From Chara braunii (Eukaryota > Plantae > Charophyceae), in contig BFEA01000044.1 of assembly GCA_003427395.1 (NCBI GenBank), positions 2,092,707 through 2,153,846 of the forward strand: DNA of 61,140 nucleotides, written 5' to 3'. Under the pieces are notes generated by a model, which was given only the letters and a program-made list of their open reading frames with translations, was not told where the DNA came from and did not search any database. This document shows, one piece after another, positions 24,405-38,011 of the stretch. Numbering within the stretch: position 1 is the stretch's first letter; every line of letters begins with the position of its first letter. The position numbers and the translations under genes are program-made.

Positions 24405-25575
24405 NNNNNNNNNNNNNNNNNNNNNNNNNNNNNNNNNNNNNNNNNNNNNNNNNNNNNNNNNNNNNNNNNNNNNNNNNNNNNNNNNNNNNNNNNNNNNNNN
24501 NNNNNNNNNNNNNNNNNNNNNNNNNNNNNNNNNNNNNNNNNNNNNNNNNNNNNNNNNNNNNNNNNNNNNNNNNNNNNNNNNNNNNNNNNNNNNNNNNNNN
24601 NNNNNNNNNNNNNNNNNNNNNNNNNNNNNNNNNNNNNNNNNNNNNNNNNNNNNNNNNNNNNNNNNNNNNNNNNNNNNNNNNNNNNNNNNNNNNNNNNNNN
24701 NNNNNNNNNNNNNNNNNNNNNNNNNNNNNNNNNNNNNNNNNNNNNNNNNNNNNNNNNNNNNNNNNNNNNNNNNNNNNNNNNNNNNNNNNNNNNNNNNNNN
24801 NNNNNNNNNNNNNNNNNNNNNNNNNNNNNNNNNNNNNNNNNNNNNNNNNNNNNNNNNNNNNNNNNNNNNNNNNNNNNNNNNNNNNNNNNNNNNNNNNNNN
24901 NNNNNNNNNNNNNNNNNNNNNNNNNNNNNNNNNNCGATGTGCAGCATACCAGGACCTCGGTATGCAGATCACGACCAGCACAAACACGCCTCCAACGAGC
25001 CGGGCGAGTGAAAGGTAAGCTTCCCTTTTCCCCGTCTCTCTCCTCCTTCCTCTTCTTCTTCTTCTTCTCCTTCTTGTCCTTCTTCTTCTTCTACTCGCGC
25101 GGCTATCCGTTTCTTCTGGTCGTGTGCGCTAGCACCTTTGCGCGACCCCCCCTTTCTTCCTCGTCTCCTCCGCCGTTCTCCTCTTCGCTCCCCACTTGCG
25201 CTGCCGCCCCGCTCGCCCTCCTTCTATCGCGCGGTCATCTTCTTTCCAAACTTCCCCACAAGCTAACTAGCCCGCTTCCTGCTTGTCACCTCCTCTCTCC
25301 TTTTTCCCCTTCTCTCCATCTCCTTCTTCTCCTCCTCCTTCCCTCCTACTTCTTCTTCTTCTTCTTCTTCAGTCTTCTACTACCACTACACCTCCCGTTA
25401 CTCTTCCGCGCGTCGCCCTTCGTCCGCGCGACCCTTCTTGGTTCCATTCAGAGTCCCCCTCCGCCTAGACTTCGAGGTAGCGAGCTGCAGGTACCTCGAA
25501 GACGAAGTTGGAGCAACGGCGCTACAGGTAAGTACCTCTAGCCTCCGCCCAGCCTCTCTCTCTCTCTCTCACACA

Positions 25576-25654
<79 letters not shown>

Positions 25655-26191
25655 GTCCGCAGATACTGAGAAGTCAGACAAGGAGAGGGTACAGAAGAGA
25701 TGGTGGACTTTAGAAGAGGAAGAAGAAGAACTCTCACACACACACACACATATGTAGTGATCAATGCACCTTTCCCACTTCTAGCGGTAGGTTCATTCAC
25801 TTATTTATTTATTTTGTTTATTTATTTTGCTTATTTATTTTGTTTATTTATTTTGTTTATTTATTTTGTTTATTTATTTTGTTTATTTATTTTGTTTATT
25901 TATTTTGCTCGCTTTCATCGTTGATAGTGTCGGGGAGCAAGTTGTGATATCGAAGACTTACCTTTTCCTTATTTCTCCCCTCGTTGTTGTTGTTGACGTC
26001 GTCGCCACCGTCGTTGTCGTCCGCGCAATCCTTATTCTTCTCTTCTTCCCTTCTTCTTTCCTCCTCCTTCCTTCTTCTCCTTCTCCTCCTTCTTCTTTTC
26101 TTCTTCTTCTTTTTCTTCTTCTTCTTCTTCTTCTTCTTCTTCTTCTTCTTCTTCTTCTTCTTCTTCGCGCTTTCTTCCTCCTTCGCGCAGT

Positions 26192-26387
26192 CTTTCCCAC
26201 AGCATCCCCAGCGTCAACCCGCCAAGATCACCGCGCTCCAGATACTTCACCGACCTATTTAATCGGTAGGAGCGACGGCGGTGTGTACAAAGGGCAGGGA
26301 CGTAATCAGCGCAAGCTGATGACGCGCTTACTAGGCTTTCCTCATTCAAGACCGATAATTACAACAGTCTATCCCATCACGATGAAC
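26192..26387 (-). rRNA. 18S rRNA 3'-region fragment (into helix 44) inside LTR B
   Basis: Contains TACGTCCCTGCCCTTTGTACACACCGCC-GTCGCTCCTACCGATT; paralogue of 12520-12698. Confidence 0.95.
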
Positions 26388-27883
26388 CCCCTTCCCTTCT
26401 CTCTCTTCTCCTACTCCTTTCTCCTCCTTCTTCTCTTTTTTCTTCTTTTCTCCTCTCTCTCTTACTACCTATTCCTCGCTTCTAGCTGCGCTTTCTTCCC
26501 GCGCGCCTTCCCTGCGCTGTCCCTCCCCCGTCGTGCAACGCTCCTCCTTTCTGTGTCGTTCGTCCGCGCACCGCCAAGCACTCGTCGTGTTTGCTCGATG
26601 AAACTCAGCCCAAGCGCGTGGGCCAGAATCACGCCCTGTAGCCTCGACCTCGATAAGAATGAATCCGCCCGTGATTTGGTTGCGGATTCATTGTCTCGAC
26701 GAGTCTCGTGAGATACGTGATAATAACAATAATAAAATAAAATAAATGAAGAATCTAACTAAAACTAATAACTAAAATAAAATAAAACAGAATCTAACTA
26801 CTTACTACCTTAGCCTGCCAAGTGGCGGGCCCCNGTTATAACGGAGGCTCAAGTTCCAACTAACATACTAACANCTACTAACTCCTAATTCGTAGGTCNC
26901 GGGTTCNAGTCCCGGCCTACCAAAGGNGGGGTACAAAAAGGTAAGTGTGAGCTNCTTATCAAAAGGAGCNAGCTCNAGTTCAGGCCGGTNGGACTCGATC
27001 CCCATNTCCCCTGCCTAACAGTCCAACCCNAAACCTGTTGAGCTAGCTCCTACTTCNTGTTGAANAGGAGTAGCTTNTGTATATNTGTAGGGGTAGGGCT
27101 CNGTCCGCCTAGTGANATGGNCTAGTTTCTAAGTTTGCGGGTGTGCATGCTTGTTGGACTGCACGCCTGCCTGAGTGCTTGTCGGTTTGAGTGTGGGTGT
27201 GATCCGCAAGTCTGTGTGTGTGTCCCGCTGGTCTGTGCGCGTGTCCCGTAGGGACACCTGATTGTTTGAGCGGCCCGACATGACGGTTCTTACCTATGGC
27301 CGCGGCTTTGAGGGCTGCAGTGAAAACACTCAGGTAGCGGGTCGGCAGGTACTTAGCCGTGGCTGTGATATTGAGGATCGCAGTCGAGGAAACACTCAAG
27401 TGGCAGAAAAAGAGGCTCGCGGCGGCGGAAAACACTCAAGTAGCAGGCAGGTCGGTACCTCACTACGTAGAGGTAGATGCGTTTGGTACTCGACTCGGAG
27501 GCCGAGTAGAAGAAGGCAAAGTTGACATTTTTAGAGGCCTTGTACCGGTACGTAGACCGGTACCCGTCCATGCCTCAGCGTGTGTTGTAAATCTACCCGA
27601 TGTACCATTAACTCAATCAACCCCTCGACCTTTCTGGTCGGAGGGTACTACCACTGACCCTAACCATTACAGTGCTCGTCATGACAATGCGCGCGTATAC
27701 TTTTCAAAATTTTCTCACTGATTTGCTCCCGGCCTCACTAGCCGAGGGATTTGTTTCAAGCGTCACGCTCAAGCGTGCACACCTTTTCCATTCCAGACTA
27801 ACTCCATCAGGGTAGTCGATGCCGTCACCGTGTCGAATGCAAAAGCGTGGCCAAATACCCTTGTAAGGGTATTTGGTCTGACA

Positions 27884-28198
27884 TCGCCCAGACATAGTTC
27901 ACCATCTTACCTATCCCAGCAGGCATGCTCACACACAACCCCCTCACGACAGGTCGTGGTTGGTGGACGCTGGACCCGCAGCCACCCCGGTTACTCAGCT
28001 TTCTCCCGCACTGTGGACCAACCCAAAAGGTGATCTCCCAAGGTCCTCGACCGCTGCGACGACCACCCATGTTCGACGTCATTGCAAGTGAATCAGGCCC
28101 CTCGGTCCTGACGCCGGTTTCGAAGCCGACCTTTGAGTCAAAGGCACAAAATAAAATTGGTAATAATAATAATAGTAAATTTATGAATGCATAAAAAG

Positions 28199-28232
<34 letters not shown>

Positions 28233-28483
28233 ATAATAATAATAATAAAAGCGGGGGAACGCAAAAACTGAGGGGACGAGGGGCTACATGTCCCACTGGC
28301 CTGCGACGCCGCGCATACCCACGCCACGCATGGTTGCGCCCTGTCGTCAATACCCCGCGCGCCCCGCTTACCCAGGTGAGGACCTAAGCTTCCTCTCGCG
28401 CGCGCCGTCAGGCGGGTAAGGCTGCACTGGTGTGATTTGCAGAAAATACGCCAAATACCCTTGTAAGGGTACTTGGTACGACA
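27884..28483 (-). mobile_element. 5' fragment of a related LTR (D), interrupted by B
   Basis: Starts TGTCGTACCAAGTACCCTTACAAGGGTATTTGG at 28483; outer flank is acgt. Confidence 0.8.
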
Positions 28484-29618
28484 ACGTATCGTCAAGGAGG
28501 GCGGTGACACAGTCGCCTTCCATCCCTATTGAGTGGGGATACACGACTTCTCTCCGTCCGCTTCGTGGTTCAACAATTTTCACTCAATTTTTTACTTTCT
28601 TTCGAAGTTCTTTTCATTCGCCCTCGCGGTACTTCCTCGTCGTCGGTCCCGGAGTCAGTTTCCGGCCAGGTTAACAGACGAGCAAATGGAAAAAATAAAC
28701 ATAAAAATAAATCAACAAAATAAAAGTAGTAGAATTGAAGAGGACGAGGACCTGTCGACGCCCTCTTGGTCTTACCAGTCGAACCCAGGTTTGGGCCCGT
28801 CCGGCAAACCAAGGGGGACAGTCCCTTAAAACCCTCGACCCCTCAGTTCCGCTGATCTCGCTCCTTTACTCCACCGCCGTGTGCCGACCTCGAACCCCAA
28901 ACCTGTCGCTTGAAAGTCCAGTACCGTAACCATTAGAACTAGGCCGAGGGCTGAGCTAAGTAGGCATGAACTTGCATATGATTAGTCGCGGGCCCGTGAT
29001 TAGTCCTACCCATACAAAGCAGGCCTCCGCCTCGGCCTACCAGCCAACTTCCTGGTCGTCAGAAAACACCGAGATGCCACCCGCGCCTAGGATCGTAGCT
29101 ATCTGGTATCCTGGTCATCAGGCGCACGACATACTTTGTCGAACTTCCCGACCTTCTCCCTTGCTAGCTTTGCCAATGCGACGCCTTTTAACATGTCGTC
29201 AAGCACAATTTTCCTGCGCATGTGTAAAGTAAGATCTTTATCTCCCTCGCGATAAGCCCTGCCAGAGGTTGGGCTAGTTCGTGGAGTAAAGCTTGCCTCT
29301 ATAAAGAAAAGAAAAATATAACCAAATTGAAAACTACAGAAAATGATAACCGGAACCTATGGCTTTGATGTCTTCCGAGGCCCTGATGTTGTCGAGGACT
29401 AACGGTCACTTCACAGTGCAACGCAATAACTCGTGCCCCATACTCTCTTATTTAGTCGTACTTGACTCGGAGTCTCGCCAAGAGCGAGGTTGTGGAGGTG
29501 AGCATCCTGACGGGACTTGCCCCATCAGCGTGCTACATTGATCAAGGAAACACCGTGTGCGACTCGGACTTTCAAAAAAATGACGGCAAATACCCTTGTA
29601 AGGATGTTTGCTATGACA
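28484..29618 (-). mobile_element. 5' fragment of a related LTR (F, E-subfamily), interrupted by D
   Basis: Starts TGTCATAGCAAACATCCTTACAAGGGTATTTGCC at 29618. 28795-28960 is homologous to 45961-46125 of E. Outer flank is gcgt. Confidence 0.8.
28884..28947 (-). ncRNA. tRNA-like cassette in LTR F
   Basis: Minus strand ggccTAGTTCTAATGGtta...CTTTCAA...GGTTCGAGG: A box, TTC anticodon-like loop, B box. Confidence 0.6.
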
Positions 29619-32600
29619 GCGTCCCAATCGTCAGCAAAGAGCCGCCCTAACAAAGCAACGTACTCCGGGACGGCTCCGAGCTCTCTGTCTAGGAATTCCC
29701 AAACATATGATGGTAGGGGGTACCTCCACTCTGACGAAGTATCCCTCAACCAATGCCTATATGACATTGGGGCTATAGACCGCACCAGCTCTATGAGTTG
29801 GAGTCTCTCGTCACCCCAACGTAGACCTCCTGTCACGAGAGAGTAGTAGATGTAGTCCGTGTCAAGGTCGCTACAAGCGCAAATACTACTCCCACAAACA
29901 GCTCGTCAGCTACAAATGTAGGCACATTGACCCTCAATCGCCTGTTTGAATGAGGGAAGAACCCCAGCCCAACAATACGGAGTTCTCCCGATATCTCTCT
30001 AACAGGGAACTTGTTAGGCCATCGTCGCACATCTCGCTCCTCTTCCTGTTGGAACGAGTCTATCTACTCTTGGAGATTTTGCTCAGCCCAATCTATAAGT
30101 CTTCACGATGTCCAAGTAACAAGAGACAATGCGATCCTCTTTGTCGCCTCAAAGCTCAGATAGATATAAGTCTTTACCTCTTCCTAGCCAGCTCCTTGTA
30201 TAAGTCTACCCCTATTGTCTCTCATTCCATTTAGCTCTCGAACATCCATAACCAGATTCCCGACCACAAAAATATCGATCTCCATCCAAAACAATTGTCA
30301 CTTTCGCGAATTGGACGAGAGGGCAGGGTGAACTCCACCAACTTTAGGGGCTCGTATGACAATTTCACCGTAACGAGGAACTCCTCAACAGCTGCTAGAG
30401 ACCACGTCCGCCCAAGTAAGCCTCTTCTACGGCTCGTAGATCGAAAGAGGCTTCGAAGGAGCAGAAAAAACAAGAAAAAATGACAAAGATTTAGAAGACT
30501 TTTGGGGATCGGGTTTGGAACAAGTCCCAAAGTAAAGACTGTCTGTAGTAACCTTGAAGCGAATCCTAAAACTAACCTAAGCGCGGGCGATGCCGAAATC
30601 CGGACTTAAACAGAGTCTACTCCTTCTCCAGTCGAGTGTGGTACCTCACACATGAAGAAATACGACACAGTCAACTGGGATTTCCAAGAGAATAATGACT
30701 CAATGGGAATTGCAAAATCAATCTGGGAATTTGAATATTGTCAACATTTCTCAAACTCTAATCAAAGCTCAAAGTTGTTCCTGACCCAGGCTCGTTCCGA
30801 ACACGAAAATTTATCATGTCATCGACAACAGCGCCATTTGTGTCGCACTTTTTCGGTCAGGCCACTTCTGGCGATTGAAAAACCAACAGGCTGTCATGCA
30901 AGATTTTGATGACTTTTGTATTAAATAAATAAATTTAAATGAAGCAAATCCCTTCCTGTTGTGTGCGTCCGGCTTCAAGGGAAGCCCTTCAATTGCGATT
31001 TTCGCCGGTCCCCGATCTTAGGAATCTTGTATTTTGATTCAGAATAGCAATGATCATGCTAATAATAATCATGAATTTTTTGTGTGTTATGCATACATCA
31101 ATTTTGCCGTTTGGTTAATTTTGAGAACTGTGACGAGAATCATCTGAGAATAGAATCATTAAGCAAAGTCAGAGCAGTCGAAGCAGGACAGGCAGACTCG
31201 AGCAATGACAAGGGTAAGTGAGGGAAACATGAGAACTCATAATAATCTCAGAAAGTATAGATGAAAGAAGAATGACCAGCACTCGTCAAGAGTCCTCACT
31301 CATCCCTCTGGGTCGTACACTCAATCTCTCATTTTGTTGTGTGTTTCCTATGCCTTGAGCCATAATCCCGTACTCCCTGAGATTGTGGCATATGGATATA
31401 GAGTCACCTAAAGCCTACAAGCTCCAAGCACTTTCATCCAAGGGTCATGACGTGAAAGTCAACCACAGCACAAAATTTCTCCCATAATGTAGAGAGATAC
31501 AGTTGTGAGAAGATCCCTCGTCTCAGATGTTAAAACTCGGACTGCTCAATAACTGCCTCATAGTTAATCTCAATGGGTGAAATATACCTCTTAGCCAGGT
31601 CAACCAAGTCACCTCAGCAGTAACCGTTTGTTAGGAGGAAGAAACCGGAGGTCTAGGATAATCGGTATAGAGTTTGGGTCCGAAGCTACGAATCAGCTTG
31701 GTACCATTCTCGTCAGACTCTCTTTCTCCTCAAGGTACCTAGCTGCCGAGATCCAGACTGAGTCGAAGTGCTCATGGGTTTCTTTACCCTTCTTCAGGTA
31801 GACCCTCGGGTCATGGATGGTACATCCTGCAAACTCGGTATGAACCACAAAGGCTGACAAGTTTCCCTGCCTGAAACTGACTGCACTGACGTAACGGTTC
31901 TGGAAGACACCCTTGAGTGCAATCCTATTGAGACTAGTCAACACTGACTCGTTAACTGGAGAGGACTGAATTAAAATCATGTGCAAGATGGATGTTGAAA
32001 CTCATCTCTGCATTTTTTTTATGAACATCGTCTGACTGATACGGGCCTATGAATCGAATGACAATGACTGAAGGCAAATTGATTTTGACTGAGAGCTTCA
32101 AGTAACTCGGATAACTGAATGTTGCTAAAATAATAGGTCATTAAATGTTGATCTCTTAGTAGCGAAAACGCTAAGGAGACTGCAGATTGCAGGGCGACTT
32201 CGAGAATTGAAAATTATGGAGCGGAAACATGTGCTTTTTGCACTCACCTAAGCCTTGCCCTGGCTTGATCAACAGTTTCTAGAAAGGAGCTCGTGTTGTG
32301 CAGTTTGTCATTATGATCATGGAATTGGATAACATATATGATATATTTTTCCTCCATGATTCTACTAACTGCAATCTTCCTCTTAACATGTTTGTTGTGC
32401 TCCATGTCTCGAACTGCGTTTGTTTCTCAACCCTCAAGCTTGTCTCGATTGATGATGTCTTTGACTACTAACACTTCTGCATCCGATGTGTTCCTTTATC
32501 TCTTTTTCCGAAGTCCGAATTTCAGATAGGTGCAAGGATGAGAGGAGGGATGGTTTGTTGTTTAACGGCTCCGTACCGAGATAATCAGGAGTTTTTCATA

Positions 32601-33459
32601 TTCGGTCTACCAAATGCCTCTCCCATCTCTCTTTTTGAAGGTTCGTGTTGTGTGCACCCACCGGCTAGCAACCAGTGTTACTGCAGTAGCTCTGCTTCCA
32701 CCACTTTCAACTTTATTATGGTGGGAGATACTCAATATAACCGGAAGTGTGGTGGCCTCATACTTCACGGTGGAAAGTAGTATCTCCTGTCCTGTTGTCA
32801 CGGGTGGTGAAGGATAGTAAACACTGAGCTAGTGCGCTTCCCAAGTAACACAATGCCCTGTTGAAAACTGTTGTCGATTCTCTCGGCTTGCGTTGCAGGG
32901 CGTTACTGGTCCCTGTGTTTATTCGCGCGCAGTATGGGGTGTTATCAGGTTCTACCCCAGTTTGTACGCAATGCAGAATTTCGCAGAGAACATTGATTAG
33001 TCGATGCTCGACGTGAAAAGGAAAGAGTGATAGCCATCAGTGGTTACCCTAAGCCATTTAAAAGGATCCACACCGATTTTCAGACTAGATTCTCAAGAGA
33101 CTTCTCATGCCCTGCCAACGGTTGTCTAACACCGAATTCCAATAATAATGTTGTCGATGACCCAAGGCATCCACCCGTTGGTATGGGTGTCAAGTCAGGC
33201 TATGAGTGGCTATTGAATGCACAATTGTGAGGTCTTCCGAGTTTGGTTTCATCAAAGAGCTCAATAACTCTACAGTCTAGAGTCAATCAGTTCAGTTGTC
33301 AACATGTATGAGCCTTGTTTAATTTGCTACAACACGTGGGTCTCTCTAACCCATTCTGGTATTCCTCTGCTGGCACAAACTCACAACAGCAAGTTGGTCC
33401 TTATTTTGCCTAACCCGAACTTGGCGAGTAGTATACAACTTTTCTGCAACTTGTTACGA
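29619..33459 (-). other. Older, decayed, probably TE-derived sequence with broken reading frames
   Basis: Short ORF remnants (29619-29836 cut by F; 31693-31986). No family recognised. Confidence 0.3.
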
Positions 33460-34066
33460 TGTCGGAGCTGATACCCTTACAGGGATATCCGCTCATGTTT
33501 TTATGGTCGGCACAACGTCGCCACCAACAGACAGGCTGAAGACGGCTAAAAACGAGAAATGAGGCAAATCCCTCAACTGTTATGATCAAGGAAAGTTTGT
33601 CAGCGCAAGCGCCGAAACACCGTGCTCACAGACTAGAGTCGATCGTCAAATTTTTTCGAATGTTCGCCTGCCTTATCGTGGCATACGCCGAGGAGATAAG
33701 GATTAGGGGGTTAAAATTTTGAATGACCTTGCACGCCACTTTGATCAGCGCAAAGACTGGAGAAGGATTAATAAATTAAACCGTCGACCATAGAGGTTGG
33801 AAGGTTAGTCTAACAAAAAGGGAGTCGCGCGGGATGCGACGACGGCACACCGAGTTAGTAGGTTCCGGCTAAAGCAACAAGGTACGTTAGTTATGAACAG
33901 GCCTTATAGCCAGGGCAGCCGAAAGGGACATGCCGCCTATCATGGTAGGCGGCGAAGCCAGTAGAAGACCTAAAACTAATCTTGGATGGCAGGCTGTGGA
34001 CCTGTTACCCCAACAGAACCGGCCTGTACTCTACTTATAGCCAGGCTGCTCCTATTCTAAACGAAC

Positions 34067-34222
34067 TAGGAGCTAGCCCAGTAGGTACAAGTGCGGGTCA
34101 AAATGCTGAAAGGTGCAAGGATCAAGCCCATCCTGCCTCGGGCTAGCTCTTTTTGCAGCCCGCCCGACCACCACTTCGAACTGCCTTGGGGAGACAGGAC
34201 TCGAACCCGTGACCTCAGAATT
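34067..34222. ncRNA. Convergent tRNA-like cassettes in LTR C
   Basis: Plus strand ggagcTAGCCCAGTAGG...GGATCAAGCCC (34067-34132). Minus strand gaggtcacgGGTTCGAGTCCtgtctcccca (34186-34215), which resembles a tRNA-fMet 3' half. Confidence 0.55.
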
Positions 34223-36620
34223 GATAAATATTACGGTTAAGCCCGTTGTGACAGTCGGCAGAACGGGGTAGTTAGCAGTTAGAGTCTCTCTTCTGTTTTA
34301 GATTTTATTTTTATTTTCACCTTCATTTGTCAGAATATGTTTCTTCTTTTCTTTTTTTATTTTATTTACTTAGGATTTGGGCACTGTGGTTTATCTCCGA
34401 TGCATTACCGTTGCGGATCTGCCTCCTAATCCCGGGCAGGTTCAACGAAAGTAATATGAACCACACGACGGGAGAAGGAAGCCGCAGTAATAAGCGGCTA
34501 GGCGAGAAGCACAGCGGCAAGCGTACGGGCCAAGAGGGCGAGAAAAATGGACTAAGTAAGGAATGGGGAGGCAGGCGTGAGCATTCGTGAATGCGCGAGC
34601 GAACACGAGAGCAGTGGATGCTAGCGAGGGCTTTCGTAGATTTACAAGCAAGCACGGAGGAGCGGCTTGCGCTATCGTGCGAGCCAACAGGCAAGGAAAG
34701 CGAGCAGGAGAGGAGGAGAGAGAAGTGAAGGAAGGGAAGAAGAAGAACGAGAAGGGGTGGCGTGAAAAGAAGAAGAAGAAGTAAGGGGGATAAAAGGAAG
34801 GAGGAGGAGAAGAAGGGAGGGGAAGGAGGAGAAAATTTAGCATTTACCTGCGAGGTGGGGACGAGTCGACGTACAGCCACAACGAACTCGGCGAGAAGAA
34901 AGAGAGAGGTAAGTCTCTCGGCAACCCTCATGCCACCTCCTCGGATAGAAAACAATCGAATCCCCCCCCCCACAGCGGCGAAGTTATCACTACTACACAT
35001 GTGTGTGTGTGTGTATGCAAGTGTGAGTAAGGGTGTGCAAGTTCCTACTTCGTCGGGGGTGTCACTCTACTTCCGTCGGTAGGACGAGCAGCACCGAACA
35101 CTCGTGTTGCTCAACAAAGGAAGCTACGCTACAAACTTGCGTGTGTGCGGCGTGCGTCTCTGTTGTGTGTGTGTGTGTGTGATATCATGTTCACTATACA
35201 ACACTCGACGTAAGAAAGCATGACTGTGCCACACTGTTTCATCGGACTTTCAGCGACTCATGAGGGGTTGGTGTGTGTGGGTGTATGCGTGTGTGCACCC
35301 GCGCACTTGTGTGTCGTATGGCAGCTGCCGCTTCCTCGAAACCGATCGATTACCAGTAACGGCGACGTCATTGGCATCATTTAGTCAGTGTGCGAGTTAA
35401 AGTGGTAAAAGGGGTATGTATGGTTGCGAAACACCGCTGACATCTGGTGTTGGTAGGAAAGGTCCTTAGCATGTCGTTAACGGGTTGTATACAGAGTCCT
35501 ATCGATTGGTTTGCATTCGGCGTTTATTGATTGATGAGTATTTCGCGACTGGTTGCCGATAGCGATGAGATATGAAGACAACCAGGAGTGTTAGTCGCAG
35601 GCCGTATCTGAGATCGCGCAAACGAGGCAGGCAGTTTACCTCGGTGCAGTAGTGATCAGTTTAGGATGACTTTGGGCAGGGAGGAGTGTGCTCTTCCACT
35701 GACCCGCTCTGAATAGCTCTCGACATTCGTGCTAATGGTGTATACCTACATCGATGATCATGTGTGTGTGTGTGTGTGTATGAGAAACGAGAAGAGGGAG
35801 GGAGGTAGGAATCGACCAAATGTGAGGGGTTGCACTTACCGCCCCGATCCGTGAGAAAGAACACCCTCCTTAAACCCCGAAAACAACACTCCTCGGCTTA
35901 AATGTACCAGGGCGGCAAAAATACGTTGAATACGTACTATATAATTTATATTATTATTTTAAAGTGTCGCTGTTATCGTTGACTAATTTCTATTATTATT
36001 ATTACTATTGATATTTTTTTTTGTCGTTGTTAAATACCAACTACTATCGTTATTGTTAGCATTTGACGATTCTAATTATTGTTGTTATTATTATTTTTAT
36101 TATTATTGTTATTATGTTTATTATTATTTCTATTATCGCTATGATTATTATTGTTATTATTATTATTATTATTATTACTACTACTATTATTATTGCTGTT
36201 ATTATTATTATTATTATTATTGCTGTTGAGAACTGTGACGCCTCTACCATTGGTGTCATAGAAATCGGGCCATCATCGACCCGACCTGTTGAAAACGCGC
36301 ATGTAACTAGCGTATACCCCATGACTGAGATATGCCCGTACTTCGGGAAAAGCTATTGGCATCATCGTTCGATGGGCTAGATAGGATCTACTATCTGTAG
36401 ATTGGGCGTCGAGCGCCAGGTAGAATATCTACATTGGTTCTTCATTAATAATGATGAAGAGACTCTATCAAGCATTGTCGAATGAGAACTCTCGTTTGCC
36501 TTCTTACTTGGTGAGGCTCTTGATGCAATCTGCTATTGATTCGAGGTCACGACAATCTAGTCTTGTGAATGTTATGCTGCTAAAAAGTTCGCTATTACTT
36601 ATTTTCTCTATTATTACTTC

Positions 36621-36683
<63 letters not shown>

Positions 36684-37977
36684 TATTATTATAATTACTA
36701 TTGCTATCATTATTATTATTATTATTATTATTGTTATTATTATTATTATTATCATTATTATTATTATTATTATATGATCAGACTCGTTTTTTTACTTCAC
36801 ACACATACAAGAAGATGGTGATTCACATTGATGCATAGCGCCCTACTCCAAGCTCGAAATTATGAAAACTGAGACCCAGTTCAGACTCAAGATTGCATCA
36901 ACAGGCTATGGTGCGTCAAGACTACACAACGCAACTATTGCTATTGTGTCCGACACCCCAGTGAACTTCACCCTCGAATCACCCTGGTTAACCCACGAAA
37001 ACACGCACAGACACAGAATAAGAGAAGAGAAGAGAGAAAGGAGGGGGAGAGGAAGAAAAAGGAAGAAGGAGAAGGTGGGAGAGAGGGAGAAGATAATCGT
37101 CCGGCCTCGTCCGGAGCTTATCATATGCGAGGGCAGAGACTCTGGGACATGTAATGCATCAGTCGGTGATGTAGCAGAATTGTGCCCGGCACGACGGTAT
37201 CAGGCGAGTGAAGTAGCCTGTTTCTTTATAGCGATACTATTGACTGAGATTTTATTATTATTATTATTAGCATCATTATTACTACTACTAACAATCCCGA
37301 GCAATACTAACTTGGTTTAGGATTTGATCCCTGGGGACAATGGCATGTGTGAGTGAGGGATCGAGGTAGTGAGGGATGTGAGAGATATACCGGGTACTGG
37401 AGGCGTGCGACATTGGTCGCCTTATGCTCGTACTTCGGGAATGTTGTTGGTGTCATCTTTCGGCTCAGTAATGTAGGCTAGAAAGGATCTGCCACATGTA
37501 TTCTGAACGCCGAACGCCAGAGAGGATATCAACTCTGGTTCTTCGTAGATGATGATGGGGCTATTTCAGCACTGTCAATTATCAACTCCTGGTGTGTTCT
37601 TATTTGGTGATTCTCGTGATGCAATGCTGCTGCTGGTTCGAGGTCAAGACTATCTGGACTCATATGTATGATGCTGTTTGATTGCTGAAGTTCGATATTG
37701 CTCATCTTCTTGCATTAGATCGGATCTGCCATCTGTAGTTTGGGTGCCAAGCGCCGGATATGATACGTATATTGATCCCGTGTTGATGATGGAGAGATTA
37801 TTCCAACACCGTCAATATTGAGTTTTGTGTTGTGCGCTTATTTGATGAAACTCGTGATAGCATTCTGCTTTGGATCAAGGTCGCGACTATCTAGTCACAT
37901 GCGTAAGATGCTGTTGTGATTTTTGAAGTTGCAGTCGCCCGTTTTCCTTGTATGTTCTGCAGGCTAATTTTTGTTTG

Positions 37978-38011
<34 letters not shown>

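Larger units (their letters stand above)
17263..27883 (-). mobile_element. 5' LTR (B), ~10.6 kb including N gaps
   Basis: TGTC at 27883 with the palindrome; ...gggaccgccgcgcgcGACA at 17263 followed by the PBS. Outer flank is tcgc. Confidence 0.88.

Noticed and set aside
6208-27883. Simple segmental duplication
   Set aside because: Both copies start at the same TGTC terminus and flank a PBS plus gag remnant, so a paired-LTR model fits better.
30600-30650. Start of another LTR family (tgtgaggtacc on the minus strand)
   Set aside because: No partner end, TSD or second copy in the window.
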